Below are positions 26,853 to 39,315 of a stretch of DNA of 64,000 nt, in pieces; the stretch's first letter is position 1, and the number at the start of each line of letters is the position of its first letter. Both the position numbers and the translations under genes were made by a program. Source of the stretch: Takakia lepidozioides (lineage: Eukaryota; Plantae; Bryophyta); NCBI GenBank assembly GCA_030704615.1, contig CM060732.1, forward strand, positions 67,580,001 to 67,644,000, in the 5' to 3' direction. The notes under the pieces were generated by a model. It saw only the letters and a list, made by a program, of their open reading frames with translations. It was not told the origin of the DNA and made no database searches.

Positions 26853-29122
26853 CTAATCTACAATGTTTTCTCTATTGGAGGTTGACTGAAAGTATTTCCG
26901 GATGCCGAGTTCAGGCACAATCTTTACTTTTAGAGGTTTCTTGGTAACTATTTGCCTTGCATTTCTAGGCTTGAGCACCTTCCTATCCAGCTGGCTTTCA
27001 GACTTACTTGCAGAAGTGATGTTATTCACAAGAGGTTCGCACACGCCCGACCTTACTTTTCTAGCCAGAGTGCCTTGCCGGCACATTACCTCTGGCACAG
27101 GACTTTCTGCCGGTGCAGAATTTTTTTCCTGAGATTCAGTGGGGAGGATGGAAGTAAACTTGGCAAGCTGCCTACATTGGCTTGACGAGGGATATACCCT
27201 TCTTGGACTACAGTGATTGTGAGGAGGTTTATGAGGCATGGTAGAATAAAGGACTTGAGTGGTGCTTGATACCTGGCTGTTGATTTCACCAGGCAATTTA
27301 GAATCCCTAGAGGTCTGGCAGGGGAGCAAAAAGCAGCTCTCTTCCAAGGCTGAAACCACCCTCGTTCCAGGTACACCTTGCAGTGCTGGTTCAGAAGATA
27401 ATGGGGCACCCTCAAAGGTTTCAACATGAAATGTAGTCCTTGCTGAGCATGGATCACTCCAGTTGAGTTCTTCCTCCTGCCATAAATCCATTGAAGTCAT
27501 CATGCACAAATCTTCCTTGCCTGCCTGTTCACAATCCATCTTGCCAGCCATGTCATCTCCTTCCTTTGCAGAGCTTTCCACCACCAGTGTACCTGGATTT
27601 AGCATCTGTTAGGATTTACTCACCAAAAGCTCCCCAAAGCTGCAGTCTTCCTCACAGCACATTGGAAATTGCGTAACTGTTTACTACTGAATAGATATAC
27701 TCAGTTGGAAGCATAATAAAACATGTGGAATGTGACCAGGTAGCTTCAGAGAATGACTAGAAGTTTTTGTAACATCTGGAATTTCAAGCTTAATGCTTCC
27801 TGGATGTTCCATTGCTGAAGTGAACAAGCATATGGCACTACCTTCTTCAGTATGGCTCGGTGCTAGTGGCCAGCCTTCGCTCTGACATAAGAGTGTTTCA
27901 ATCTTCTGTATCTTGAAAGGATTGTTGTTATGTACGACTGGAGATCTCTGGATCTGCGCATCTCTAGTCCCCTCACGTTGAGGGCTTCCCATTTTCCAGC
28001 CACTGTCTTGGGCTGACGAATCAAGTGACCATGCCCACACATCCTCACTTGCACTCTTGGCTTTCATGTTGGTAGCAATCAACTCAAGTTGCGCAAGAAA
28101 CGACTTGTCAGGCACCACTGGGAGTGGAGGAGGATCAGCCAGTGGGTGGGTTGCCTCTGGCAAGGCCTGCGGAAACTTGATCCCATTGTACCCTCTTTCT
28201 GCACATTTAAGAACCACAGGTGACTAAGCAAATAAGAAGACTCAATAAGATCATGTCTACTGTTCCAATGAACAATTATGTCTTGTTGTGCTAATTGATG
28301 GATCTCGGACTCATCAATCAGATCACTGCTTTAACTGAAGTTCATGTTTACAAGACATCCATTTCTTGTATGTCAGGGAATTTTGTGGTATGGTTGCTTT
28401 GGCTCAGGCACTCCAACGGCTGCAGCTAGCTCAAGCATCAGAATCAGCAGAGCCTGAATCAGTCGCAGGAGCTGCCAGGATCTGCAGGACCCAACCCCAT
28501 CGATGAAGGCTGTCTCTATACTTTGAATTTGCCCTGCCACACAGCAGAACCATGTTCTGAGAATGGTGGTCTACGGACCTGCAGCAAGACAAGTTAGGAT
28601 GGGCAGGGTGAGAGAAAGAGCAAATGTCCTGGAGCTCACCAAGAGGCCTGACAGTTCTTGGTCTTTTAGAAGCAGCCGGTGCTGTGACTAATGTGCAGTC
28701 CGGGCCTTCCTCACTGTCTGACAAATCAACCACCTGCGCGAATGCCAGAGACACATGTCAGCTATAAAAGCGAACACGAAAGTTGTTATCAGTAAGAGCA
28801 GGGCGTGGGTTTTATGCTATACTTACAGAGAAAGGAAAGGAAAGGAACTTCATGATGTCCAGGGGAAATCAAAAGAAAGATACAAGGCGGAAGCATGCCA
28901 AAACAAGCATGCCAAAAATAACCATTCGTCATGCAGAGAGTCTCTCAGATGGAGAGCCTCATGTAGGTATGCTGCCAGCCATTTCTGGTTCTTCTCAGCC
29001 AGGGATTGGCTGCACCGAACAGGCAATAGTATTGACCCAAGATCTCATAGTAGAGAAGACTAGAAAGTCCAATCATGAGAGAGAGAGAGTGTGTACTCAT
29101 AAGACATTGTTTGCCGTAGCCT

Positions 29123-29158
<36 letters not shown>

Positions 29159-32100
29159 GAGGATGAAAGAGGAATCAATAAGAAAGAGGCCTACCTCAAG
29201 GATACTTGTTGGTGAGCAAATGAGATCTCCTTTGTTTTGTAGGGGAGTTGCTGCACAAGGGTGTGGCAGGTCCAAGTCGAAAGCGCACATGGTTATTGGG
29301 TCCAGTTGCCCCACAGCTATTGCTTTTGCCCTCGAAGGTGGTAAATCTCTGGCCGGAACAGTCAAGAAAGATGGGACTTTTTCGACATTGTTGGTTCTAT
29401 GTGAACACAATTAGAATTCTGAGGCCTCAATCATTCAAATAACATCTGGGAGGATACGGCCCAAGAAAATCTATACAGCCATCGAAACATTCCTCGAAAC
29501 CTTCAGGGAGTGGGTTCAAAAAAGTGAGTGCCCGTTTGTTTGTATCGTAACTGCGAACATGGCCACATAAGTATGAGTTTCAATGGCTTATCTGATTTCA
29601 AAGATGAACTGCAATCAAGGTTCACTAGCTGGGCTGAAGCCTGGGTTACTGAGGACCAGTCGTACTGGAAAAGACCCACATGCACTTGTGCTGCTATTCA
29701 CTTTGAGAGGAACCTTTCATCCACGACAAAATAAAACAGATTTACCTGTATTCAACTTTTCAGGTGGCATTTGACATGTTAGATTGACACTGGCCTGCTC
29801 CAGTCTAAAGAGAATCAGATATCAAAGATGCCTGTCATATGTTCACCCATCGTCTAGCTTGACCAAACATATGTTGTTTCCAGTAGCTGAAGTTTGGGGC
29901 TTTAGTTGGTACAACTCACACATGAGCATGAAGAAAGATGGACATGGCCTGCTTGAAACCAGCAGCATATCCCTCAGGGTAGGAAGCCTTCTTATCCCAT
30001 CGTAAAATGCTCAACACCTGTCAATTACCATTTCCATGCTGTCACTTTTAACCATGGTCTTGCCTACTTATCAAGCTCAAACCCGTCCACAGGAAGTCCA
30101 GCCTATGGTGTCAACCCATTAGCTTCAACGGGGACAACACTCTTTAGTAACCAACAACAAATCTCAAGGTGAGCTGTTTAGTATGAGGTGAATTCTGTGA
30201 GGGAAGTTCTCTCTGGTCAGAGGTGCCATACACACAAAGCGGTATCCAAAGTTTTGAGCTTACCCTGTCAAGTTTCCGATATTTCAAAACAAGGCCATGT
30301 GCTTTCTTGATTCCTATACCAGGGATTGAAGGTAAAAAGTCGCAACCTGCCATTATACACATCCCTGCGATCACATATGTTTTAACTCTTATTAATTCTC
30401 AAGTATTGATGGTTAGAGGTTTGCAAGTCATCAAAGTACTATGAAGAGTCCTTTGGACTTTCACTCCTTTTGGATTTTGTGAGGATTAGTGTTTGTTGAC
30501 TGTGAGCGACTGTGTAGCATGGCAGAGCACAATATAAGGGAAATATCATTTGCATTACTTCCAAGATAATAGGCAACGCTACAGGAGTCTTGTTATTTGA
30601 GGAATATGGAAAGAGGGCTACCCAGAAAGAGCTCATGTGTGAATCTTTGGAATGACAGTTCACAGGTAGCAGCAGGTTTACTAAACAGTGCATCTCGCCT
30701 TATCTCCTCTCCATTGCCGTATTTATCCATCTTGAAGATCACCTACATTCATTCCATCGAGATCATGTTAGTAAGATGGATCTCTGTCGTGTTACACTTC
30801 AATTTTGTAATGCAGGATCTTGTCAGACTTCCTGGCTCTGACAATGTTTGAAATTCACCTCTGACCTATTTCTTTCCTCAAGCCCAGTAATCCAGTGGGG
30901 AAAAGGGAAACACATTTGCCCAACTTGCAGGCATGAGGAGAAGGATAATATCTATTGTCTGATTCAAGACGACGAGGATGGAAAATTGCAGCTATACAAG
31001 GATGTCACTGCACCTTCATTGCCAAGCTTGAGACAACCTTGGGATTTGGGGAGGCTTTTTCTGGAATGTCAGAACCAATGTTAATTACAAAAGCAGGTCC
31101 TGCTAGAGGATCAAGCCTTTTGACAATGGTAGGGGCCACCATTCTGCCATCCCTCCTTAACCCTTCTGCAGAGTTCTCTGGCTTTCTTTCCCTCTCAAAT
31201 TCTTTCTCCCTTGCATCAGATGGGGACAATCACAATGGTCTAATTTGTCTTGCATGAACTGAACCCAGCCTCAAAGGGAGAAACAAAGTCAATGGTTCAT
31301 GTAACAGCAAAGCCAGAATAATCCCCTTACAATGTGGAAATTACAGAAGACTCTAGCGCAAGGCAGAGCCTCCACCCCAAACTCTGCTGCTCAAAGTACT
31401 GTGTTTTGGCCCATGATTGCCAACACAAGTTCACATGGGATGCAAGTTGGTGATTACCACAGGACAGCCATAGGCAAGAAGATCACTGTCTTCACTGATG
31501 ACAGCAGACACACCTCCCATGAGGGGATCCAACTTAGCCAGCCATGCTAGTTGTGCATCTGCCTCGTATGGTGCTACTACAAACTCCACTCCTTCTGCTC
31601 TTAACACCTGGATACAAAGTAGTAGAATCCATCAGGAGAGGTCAGGTCAGTACTCCAAATGGTTCCATTCTTTCAAGAATTTAAGCATATGTATGAGGAG
31701 TTTGCATCAGCTCTCTAAGATGCCTATCCATTGGTTTGATACATGCAGTTTCTCAGAGCTCTCCCCTCGTTGGTTCTGAGGCGAATAACAGATCGCATCG
31801 AAGTTAGATGCTATGGAAGCTGGCGCTAACAACTTCAGCTACAAAAATAGGCTACACTCCTAAAGTAGGACTGTGTTGGAATGTGCAGTTTAAAACAACT
31901 ACATCAGAAGAAGGTTAAGATGTCACCTTAACAAGCTCATTGGCCATAGCTGGTGAGATATCAACCGCCCTCTGTATTTAACAAGACACAGTGGCTTCGT
32001 TAGCATCTTGCAATTAGGTACCATTACTCAAAGCTGAGATGAAATGTACCAGTTTGGCTAAACAAGACAGTGGCGTACCTGAAAGAGTTCATTAGAACCA

Positions 32101-33247
32101 TCAATGTCACCTTGGGACAGCTTGAAGCGTGCTTGCTCAAGATTCATTTCTCGTCTCCTGCCAGTCCATCCAATCTTAGACAAGCTTACACGGTCGTTGA
32201 TGCTTACAAAGGTACTGCCGATTTACCAATTTCAATCTGAAAAACTTGGCCCAGGCTTGGAAACTGTTGTTCTGATAAAGTGAGAATAAAAGGTAATCCA
32301 GTATATCAGCTCTCCCTACAAGGTATAGCCAGATCTCAAGCACAGGAGAGGTCCTACCTGCGGCGCTCATGTTCTGTGGAAGCTTTCATGGGAAGGTAGC
32401 CACCATCAAAGACGACAACAGGGATGACACCATTGAACCGCAGCAGATTGACACGGTGCATGGAATAGCTCACGTAGGGGGATACCATAGCTGACCCTGT
32501 TGCCTGCCATGAGCCTTTCTGCTCACAAATCTCCATGCTGCAAGCATATGCTGTACAAACCAGCAACATTTACAAAATGTTGTTGTAATAGTGAAGTGAT
32601 GGAGTCTAATGACCTTGACAGTGAAATGGTAGCTCAATACAACAGAAATGATTTCATGTGGAGCATCTCAGTCTCCAGCAAAGCTCCTTGAATTTCAGTC
32701 CATGCAAAATTGTTGGACTAAAATCAGCTACTACCCAAGGTCTACTGATTGTTTCATTCAAAGAGTGTCATGGTCACCAGCTCACGTACCTCCCTTGTGG
32801 AGCCATGAGTAAGCATCAATGCCCACCTGTCCCCAACAACCCAGGTGGATTAGTAACTAACCCTGAACCCCATATTCATAAACAGTGAAGGATGACCCCA
32901 GAACGTGACTGCAAAATTCTGAAATTCGGGACCTCATTATCATAAGAAGCACATGGACCGACTGATCCTTACTAGCGAGTCTCCTAAGATGATGCAGCTG
33001 CTCCAATTCTTTGTCATCACCCATAGCGTCCCCAACATGGATACTCCTGAGCTTTGGAGGCCTACATCAGTGTGCCCTACCAGAGTTGGAAGCACATGTG
33101 TTACTTTGTTCCAAGAAGGAAATGGGCAGAGAAATTCAGCCTGACAATGCCAAGTGGGTTCCCACTCACCCGCTTCCCTGAATACTTTTTCATGTGCACA
33201 GGCTCCGTGTAAGGCTTGAGAGCTGATAGTAGTCCCTTTATGCCCAT
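26853..33247 (-). CDS. EXO1: Exonuclease 1 (XPG/RAD2 family), multi-exon
   Basis: Exons encode [12 protein letters not shown] (33247-33170), [12 protein letters not shown] (32826-32790), [40 protein letters not shown]...[17 protein letters not shown] and [22 protein letters not shown]. The low-complexity C-terminal exons down to 26853 are approximate. Confidence 0.92.
29122..29160. repeat. (GA)n microsatellite in an EXO1 intron
   Basis: Seen directly. Confidence 0.9.
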
Positions 33248-36228
33248 ATCGGCACAACCAGATTCTTTTGTGTTCTGTTGAAAATAAATCCTGCATTATT
33301 TATCACCCACCCTTCACATAAATGTACAATCTAGAAAGAAGATGGTAGATTTCACAGTGACTAATCTACCCTGTCACTGCTTCGTAAGCATTATTCCCAA
33401 TCAGCTACCACCTGCAGCGCAGTCACCTTTCACATGAACCTTATGGAACACATGTGAAAAATACACAAGAGGGGTAGCTTCAGACTCCACCATTGGCATA
33501 ATGACTGGCTAGAATTGGAACCAAAGACTCTCCCTTCCTCATACTGGGCGAGATAGAGAGTTCATACCAGAGATCTGTTCTTGGACGATTGGGGTCATAA
33601 AAAGTGCAGCTGGCATGATTTCATACTGAGCGAGGTGCTGCTCCAGGCAAATTTCATTTTTCGTAGCTGCCAGGTTACCAGCCTCAACAGTTGATCCCTT
33701 CAATCTAGAGACGGAGATGAACTCGGTGGCAGCCGAATCAGTGAAGGTTTAAACGTACTGAATCTTATTACAAACACGTTCGCTTGCATGCACACTGTGT
33801 ATGTCACTGAGAGATAAGATATGCACTTGAATCCCAACCAACACGACTGCAAAATGCAATACGAGATACACAAGAATGAGGGAAATTCAAAAGAATCTCG
33901 TTTGCGCGGGAAATTTTCCTGGTTTAGAACAACGTGTTTGTCTCTCATTGGGGGAGGAAAAAACGATTTTGGTTGTATTGTATGATGTTTAGATCTCCTC
34001 ATGTTTTCGAGCCTTTGGATTGGAGATCGAAGATGGATACGTCCTTGAAGGTGAGCCTTCACAGAACAACACTTACTCTCTGATGAATGTGCACAGAGTA
34101 CAGACGGCTTGCGGATGATGTCTGCAAACCGCATTTCCTCGAGAGAAGCCATACCAAGGCTTGTTGCAGCCGACGGGCGGGAGGCCACACATCATGCAGC
34201 AGGCTAATGGTTCAGGCTTTGGAGTGGAATTGGGTCTCTGGCTTGGCAATGCTGAGCCCGAGATGCTTGCAAGAGATGGATATTTCATATCCCCTGCCTC
34301 CAGGGAAATTAAAGAAAGGTAAACCATGCCACTCTCTCCTTATTCTGTTGGGTCCCAAGGTTGTATGCAAATAGGCGACGCTGGCCCTTGATCCATAGCA
34401 GTGTAAATTACATCCGTCATATGGTCGAAGAACACAAAGTGCGAGGATGCAAGGCTGCTGAAGAACGTGAGCGTGTTTTGAGGAAAATAGTCCACCTGGT
34501 TTTCTCTCAGGATGGAATATATCACAAGCATAGCTTTCCCGCTTCGAAGTGGTGCAGGCTTTTGTAACTCGGTCCTGAATGTATGTAGGGCTAGTTAACT
34601 CATGTGACTCACATTCTGGAGCAGTACAGAGCCACAATTGTTCTAGACAAAGGGTGAGGGATATCGCGATTGACCGTTTCCCAGTAGTCTCGGTGCATAT
34701 CAATCCTTCCAGAGCCAACTGTGATGCTTCTACCACCGGAAATTCAGCCGGGAAAAACATATCGGTTGCGCACAGCCAGAAACTATCCGATTACAGGGAA
34801 TTGAAGGCTGATTAAAGGGCGTCTAGAATCACAATTTCGATTCCTTCACTGCCACTTTGTTCTCCAACCTAGATCTGGACACACGTGGGTTGATTGGACT
34901 GTCAGTCCACACACGCTAAGAGAGAATGAAATGAAATGAAATGAGAGAGAGAGCAAATTATAACGGCCCTGGGAGTCCAGATGGCCATCGGACAACTTAA
35001 AATGGCAAGAGAAAAAAGTGGAGAAGAAAGAAACAAATGTATGTTATGTCTGCTTAAGGACAGAAGGCATATGGGACTGCAGTAGAGAGGTTCATGTCTT
35101 GGAGAGCTCATACCATCATCCCTCAGTAAGAAGTTAATGAGGATCTATCTTCTAGTGGTGTTTGATTGCAGGCCAAGCAGTAAGAAGAGAATGGCTTTGG
35201 CCGGAGTTTATGTCAGATCCTATGCAATGGTGGGACAACAGGTCTGACAAGGTGAGTTGATATTATTTGGTAATCAGATTATTTTAGGTTTCTAGGAAGT
35301 TGGCCATAAATCTTGTTGTCGGTGAAGCTGGTATGATTATGTTCTGTAGACTGACCATGGTTTCAATTGCTTTTGGTGAAGCCTAAGATTCTTGCTGGAG
35401 TGGTTTGTGTTGTTGAATGCTGGATTGTTGGTTGAAGTTGGAATATTAGAAGTTGTGATCTGTCGTCCGAAGTGACCCTTGTGATACTTTGGTGGTTGTA
35501 GCCTGGTCTTTAGGAGGCCGTGGTTAAAAGCCATGGTCACTCAGCTGGACACTCATAGCTTTCACATATAAACCTGAGAGCATCAGACTCACACATAAGG
35601 AGATCCTTTGAGAGTTTGTGGATCCGTCCCTGGTTGAAAGCAGAGGTAGTTGCCAGGATCCATACACTGTTCACACTACCTGGCACTTGCAGTCACGCAG
35701 CACCTGCCATGGCCATTTAAAAGTGTCGTTGTCAGTTGTTTTGGGCCTGGTGTTCACAACTGATACATCAATGGCAACGGCAAAACTCTACTGGCAGTAT
35801 GGATAACCACATTTCAGGAATTCTCACACTCAACTGCAACTGTAACTGCTGGGGAAGGTCTGGCATAAAACTTCTGCCCAGCGGCACTTTTCTGCCTGTC
35901 ATTGTGTAGTGTGAAGACTCTACCGAGGTCAGGCACAATGGAATGGTTGATGCCTCAGATTATGGCTCTAGCTGTGTTGGTGCTCACATTGGAACTCCAT
36001 TGAAGACTTAAGATTCTCGTGCGATTACAGATTATGGTCAAATGAGAGTCTGCACAAAGGAGACCTTGGCTACCACGATCTCCTTGAGCAAGTATGTTTG
36101 TGAATTTCTTGTGTCAAGAAAGATCCAAGAGTAATTTTCAAAATTGTTCTGCAAAGCTATGATAGCCCAATGGAGACTAAGGCAATTGGAAGCTATTGAA
36201 AATCTGATGTTGTTGTTCTTGTACACAG

Positions 36229-36778
36229 GTCAAGCAATGAGTCTAGGACAGCTCTGGCAGGAGTTCTGCAAAGATCCTTCACACTGGTGGGACATCATGT
36301 CTGCTATGATGAGGCTATCTTTGTTTAGGATGTGAAATAGACCGGCAAAGAGGGCTTGTGACTGAAGCTGGAAATCAGTTTTCTGATCTGGATTTCATCT
36401 CTGGCTTCTGATGATTTGCCCTCCTTGGGGATTAGTAGCAAAAGCAAACCTTACTGTTGCTGCCAGTACGTTTCATTGCTAGCAGGGCTTGCACCACGTT
36501 GTTTGCTGCTATTTAGAAGTTGGGGTGTGGGTGGTTGAAGCCTGATCTATGCAAGCTGGGATTGAAGCTATGGTTGCGCAGCTGTCATCGTGGGTTTCAC
36601 AGAAAAGTCCAAGATCACCAGACTTAAGCCATAATCCCACAAAGGACATCCTTTGGATGATGGAGAATTGGTCGTACCCTCCTTGTGTGAAAGCAGAGTT
36701 AGCTGCCCTGACACAAAATCAAGCACCATCTGGTGAAGGTTGCAGTGTGAATGGACCTCCAGACCAAGAATATGATAG
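36229..36778 (+). other. Two upstream exons of the PPR gene encoding a degenerate OSB-type PDF motif
   Basis: 36229-36308 gives QLWQEFCKDPSHWWD and 36603-36778 gives KSPRSPDLSHNPTKDILW...PPCVKAEL. The second exon ends in phase 2 and splices in frame to the acceptor at 36950/36951 of the PPR ORF. The expected donor after 36308 reads ATGAGG, not GTGAGG. Confidence 0.6.
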
Positions 36779-36950
36779 GTATTGTTTTGTTCAATGGTTG
36801 CAAATCAGAATTGTACATTTTGAGTTTGGTGACCCTGTTAAGTGTGGCAAGAATCTTGTTGTCATGACAAACCTTTGTATGAGTATCGAGGAGCCTCGAC
36901 ATATTATATGTGAATTCGAGCATAAACAGCTGTAATTCTTAGTCATGCAG

Positions 36951-39315
36951 GAGGGCAGAGTTGAATCAGGCACAGCCCGCCGTTGGACATCAGACTGGGT
37001 GCAGAGGTAGCACCTGCACCCTCACCACTGCCTTTGAAAGAGGAGCACGAGGGGGAGTAGACAAGAACTTGTCCGACACTTGTTGGGATGTGAGGACACT
37101 ATGTAGGGCAGGAAAACTGAAAGAGGCGCCACACATTTTGAATCAAGGAGGAATTCGGGCCGACTCCAACACATATGCTTGTATCTTGCAGGTGTGCATC
37201 AATGCAAAAGACCTAGCAGTGGGAAAGCAGGTGCACGTGCATTTAGTCCAAAGCAGATTCAAGCCAAACATCTTTCTACTCAACACCCTTCTCAATATGT
37301 ATGCTAAGTGTGGGAGCATGCTAGATGCACGTCAACTGTTTGACGAAATACCTGCACGAGATGTATCAACGTGGAATATATTGATATCAGGATATGCCAA
37401 GCATGGGTGTGGTAGGGAGGCTTTCAAGATCTATGAGCAAATGCAGTGGGAAGGTGTGACACCCAACGGGGTCACATTCATCTGCATTCTCAATGCATGT
37501 AGCAGCCTAGGAGCTCTGGAAAAGGGCAAAGAGGTCCATGCTGACATCATCAAATCTGGACTTGTGCCTGATATCATTCTGGAAACTGCCCTTGCTGACA
37601 TGTATGCCAAATGCAGGAGCCTACTAGATGCACGTCAAGTATTTGACAATATGGCCAAACGAAATGTGGTCTCATGGAATGCCATGATTGCAGGATATGC
37701 TCGGCATGGGTGTGGTGGGGAGGCGTTTGAGCTCTATGAGAAAATGCAACGGGACAGGGTCACTCCCAATAAGATTACATTCATTTGTGTTCTCAATGCA
37801 TGTGCCATCCTAGGGGACCTCGATAAGGGAAAGGGTGTCCATGCTGACATTCTCTCAGCTGGAATTGCACCAAATATTGTGTTGGAGACTGCCCTTGCTA
37901 ACATGTATGCCAAATGCGGAAGCATGAAGGATGCACATCAAGTGTTCAACTGTATGGCCAAACGAAACGTAGTCTCATGGAACACCATGATTTCTGGATA
38001 TGCTCAGCATGGCTGTGGTAGAGAGGCTTTTGCAATCTTTGAGGAGATGCAACAGGAAAGGGTGGAGCCCAACACAGTCACCTTCACTTCTGTTTTCAAT
38101 GCGTGTGCCATCTTGGGAGCCCTGGAATTGGGCAAGGAGGTCCATGCTGACACCATCAGAGCTGGAATTGTGCCAGATATCATTCTGGAGACTGCACTCG
38201 CTGACATGTATGCCAGATGTGGGAGCATGAAGGATGCATGTCAAGTTTTTGACAGTATGGCTCAACGAAATGTGGTCTCATTTAATGCCATGATGGCTGG
38301 ATATACTCAGCAGGGGTGTGGTAGGGAGGCTTTCAAGATATATGAGCAAATGCAACGGGAAGGGGTGACGCCCAACAGCGTTACATTCGTTTGTGCTCTC
38401 AATGCTTGTGCCAGCCTAAGAGACCTGGAAAAGGGCAAAGAGATCCATGCTGACATCATGAAATCGGGGTTTGTGTCAAATCTTAGTGTGGGGATTACAG
38501 TTGTTAACATGTATGCCAAATGCGGTAGCATAAAGGATGCACGTCAGGTATTTGACAACATGGCTGAACGAGATGTGGTCTCATGGACTGCAATGATGGC
38601 AGGATATGCACAGCAAGGTTGTGATAGGGAGGCTTTTGAGATCTATGAGCAAATGCAGCGGGAAGGGGTGACGCCCAATGGGATCACATTCATTTGTGTT
38701 CTCAATGTTTGTGCCAGCCTAGGAGCCCTGCAGAAGGGCAAAGAAGTCCATGCTGACATCATGAAAGTAGGGATTGCTTCAAATATTAACTTGGAGAATA
38801 GCATTGTCGACATGTATGCCAAATGCGGGAGCTTAGAGGATGCACGCCAAATTTTCATGGAGATGTCTAAACGAGATATTGTCTCATGGAATGCCATGAT
38901 CGCTGGATGTGCCCAGCATGGTTGTGGGAGGGAGGCACTACAATTACTTGAACAAATGGAGCAGGAAGGCTTGAAGCCAACTGCAATCACCTTCATCTCT
39001 CTTCTCTCTGCATGTAGCCATGTGGGCCTAGTGGATGAAGGCCGTCACTACTTCGAATCCATGAGTCGTGATCATGGCCTCACCCATGACTTGGAGCATC
39101 TTGGCTGCATGGTGGACGTTCTCGGCCGTGCAGGGCGATTGGAAGAAGCAGAAGACTTCATTAATGGAATGCCAATCAAACCTCATGCTGGGCTATGGAG
39201 GGCCTTGCTTGGTGCCTGCAAAACTCATGGCAACTTGGAGGTAGCAGAACGTGTGGCGAAGAGCATTCTCAAGAGTGATCCACAGGAATCCACAGATTAT
39301 GTGGCTCGATTATGA
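36951..39315 (+). CDS. PLS-class pentatricopeptide repeat protein with truncated E domain and no DYW (organellar RNA-editing factor type)
   Basis: 784-aa ORF with six L-S-P triplets (MYAKCGS..DA...F..M..RNVVSWN.MI.GYA.HG) at 303-nt period, then L2/S2 (LSACSHVGLVDEG; CMVDVLGRAGRL) and E1 (WRALLGACKTHGN). It stops within the E region. Confidence 0.93.

Noticed and set aside
30850-31260. ORFs inside an EXO1 intron
   Set aside because: No recognisable domain, and the flanking EXO1 exons join without them.
33700-35250. Separate gene between EXO1 and the PPR gene
   Set aside because: Splice-like signals exist but no consistent frame or known motif; may be UTR exons.
37734-38996. Repeated antisense ORFs (MLPHLAYM...)
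   Set aside because: Shadows of the 303-bp PPR repeats.
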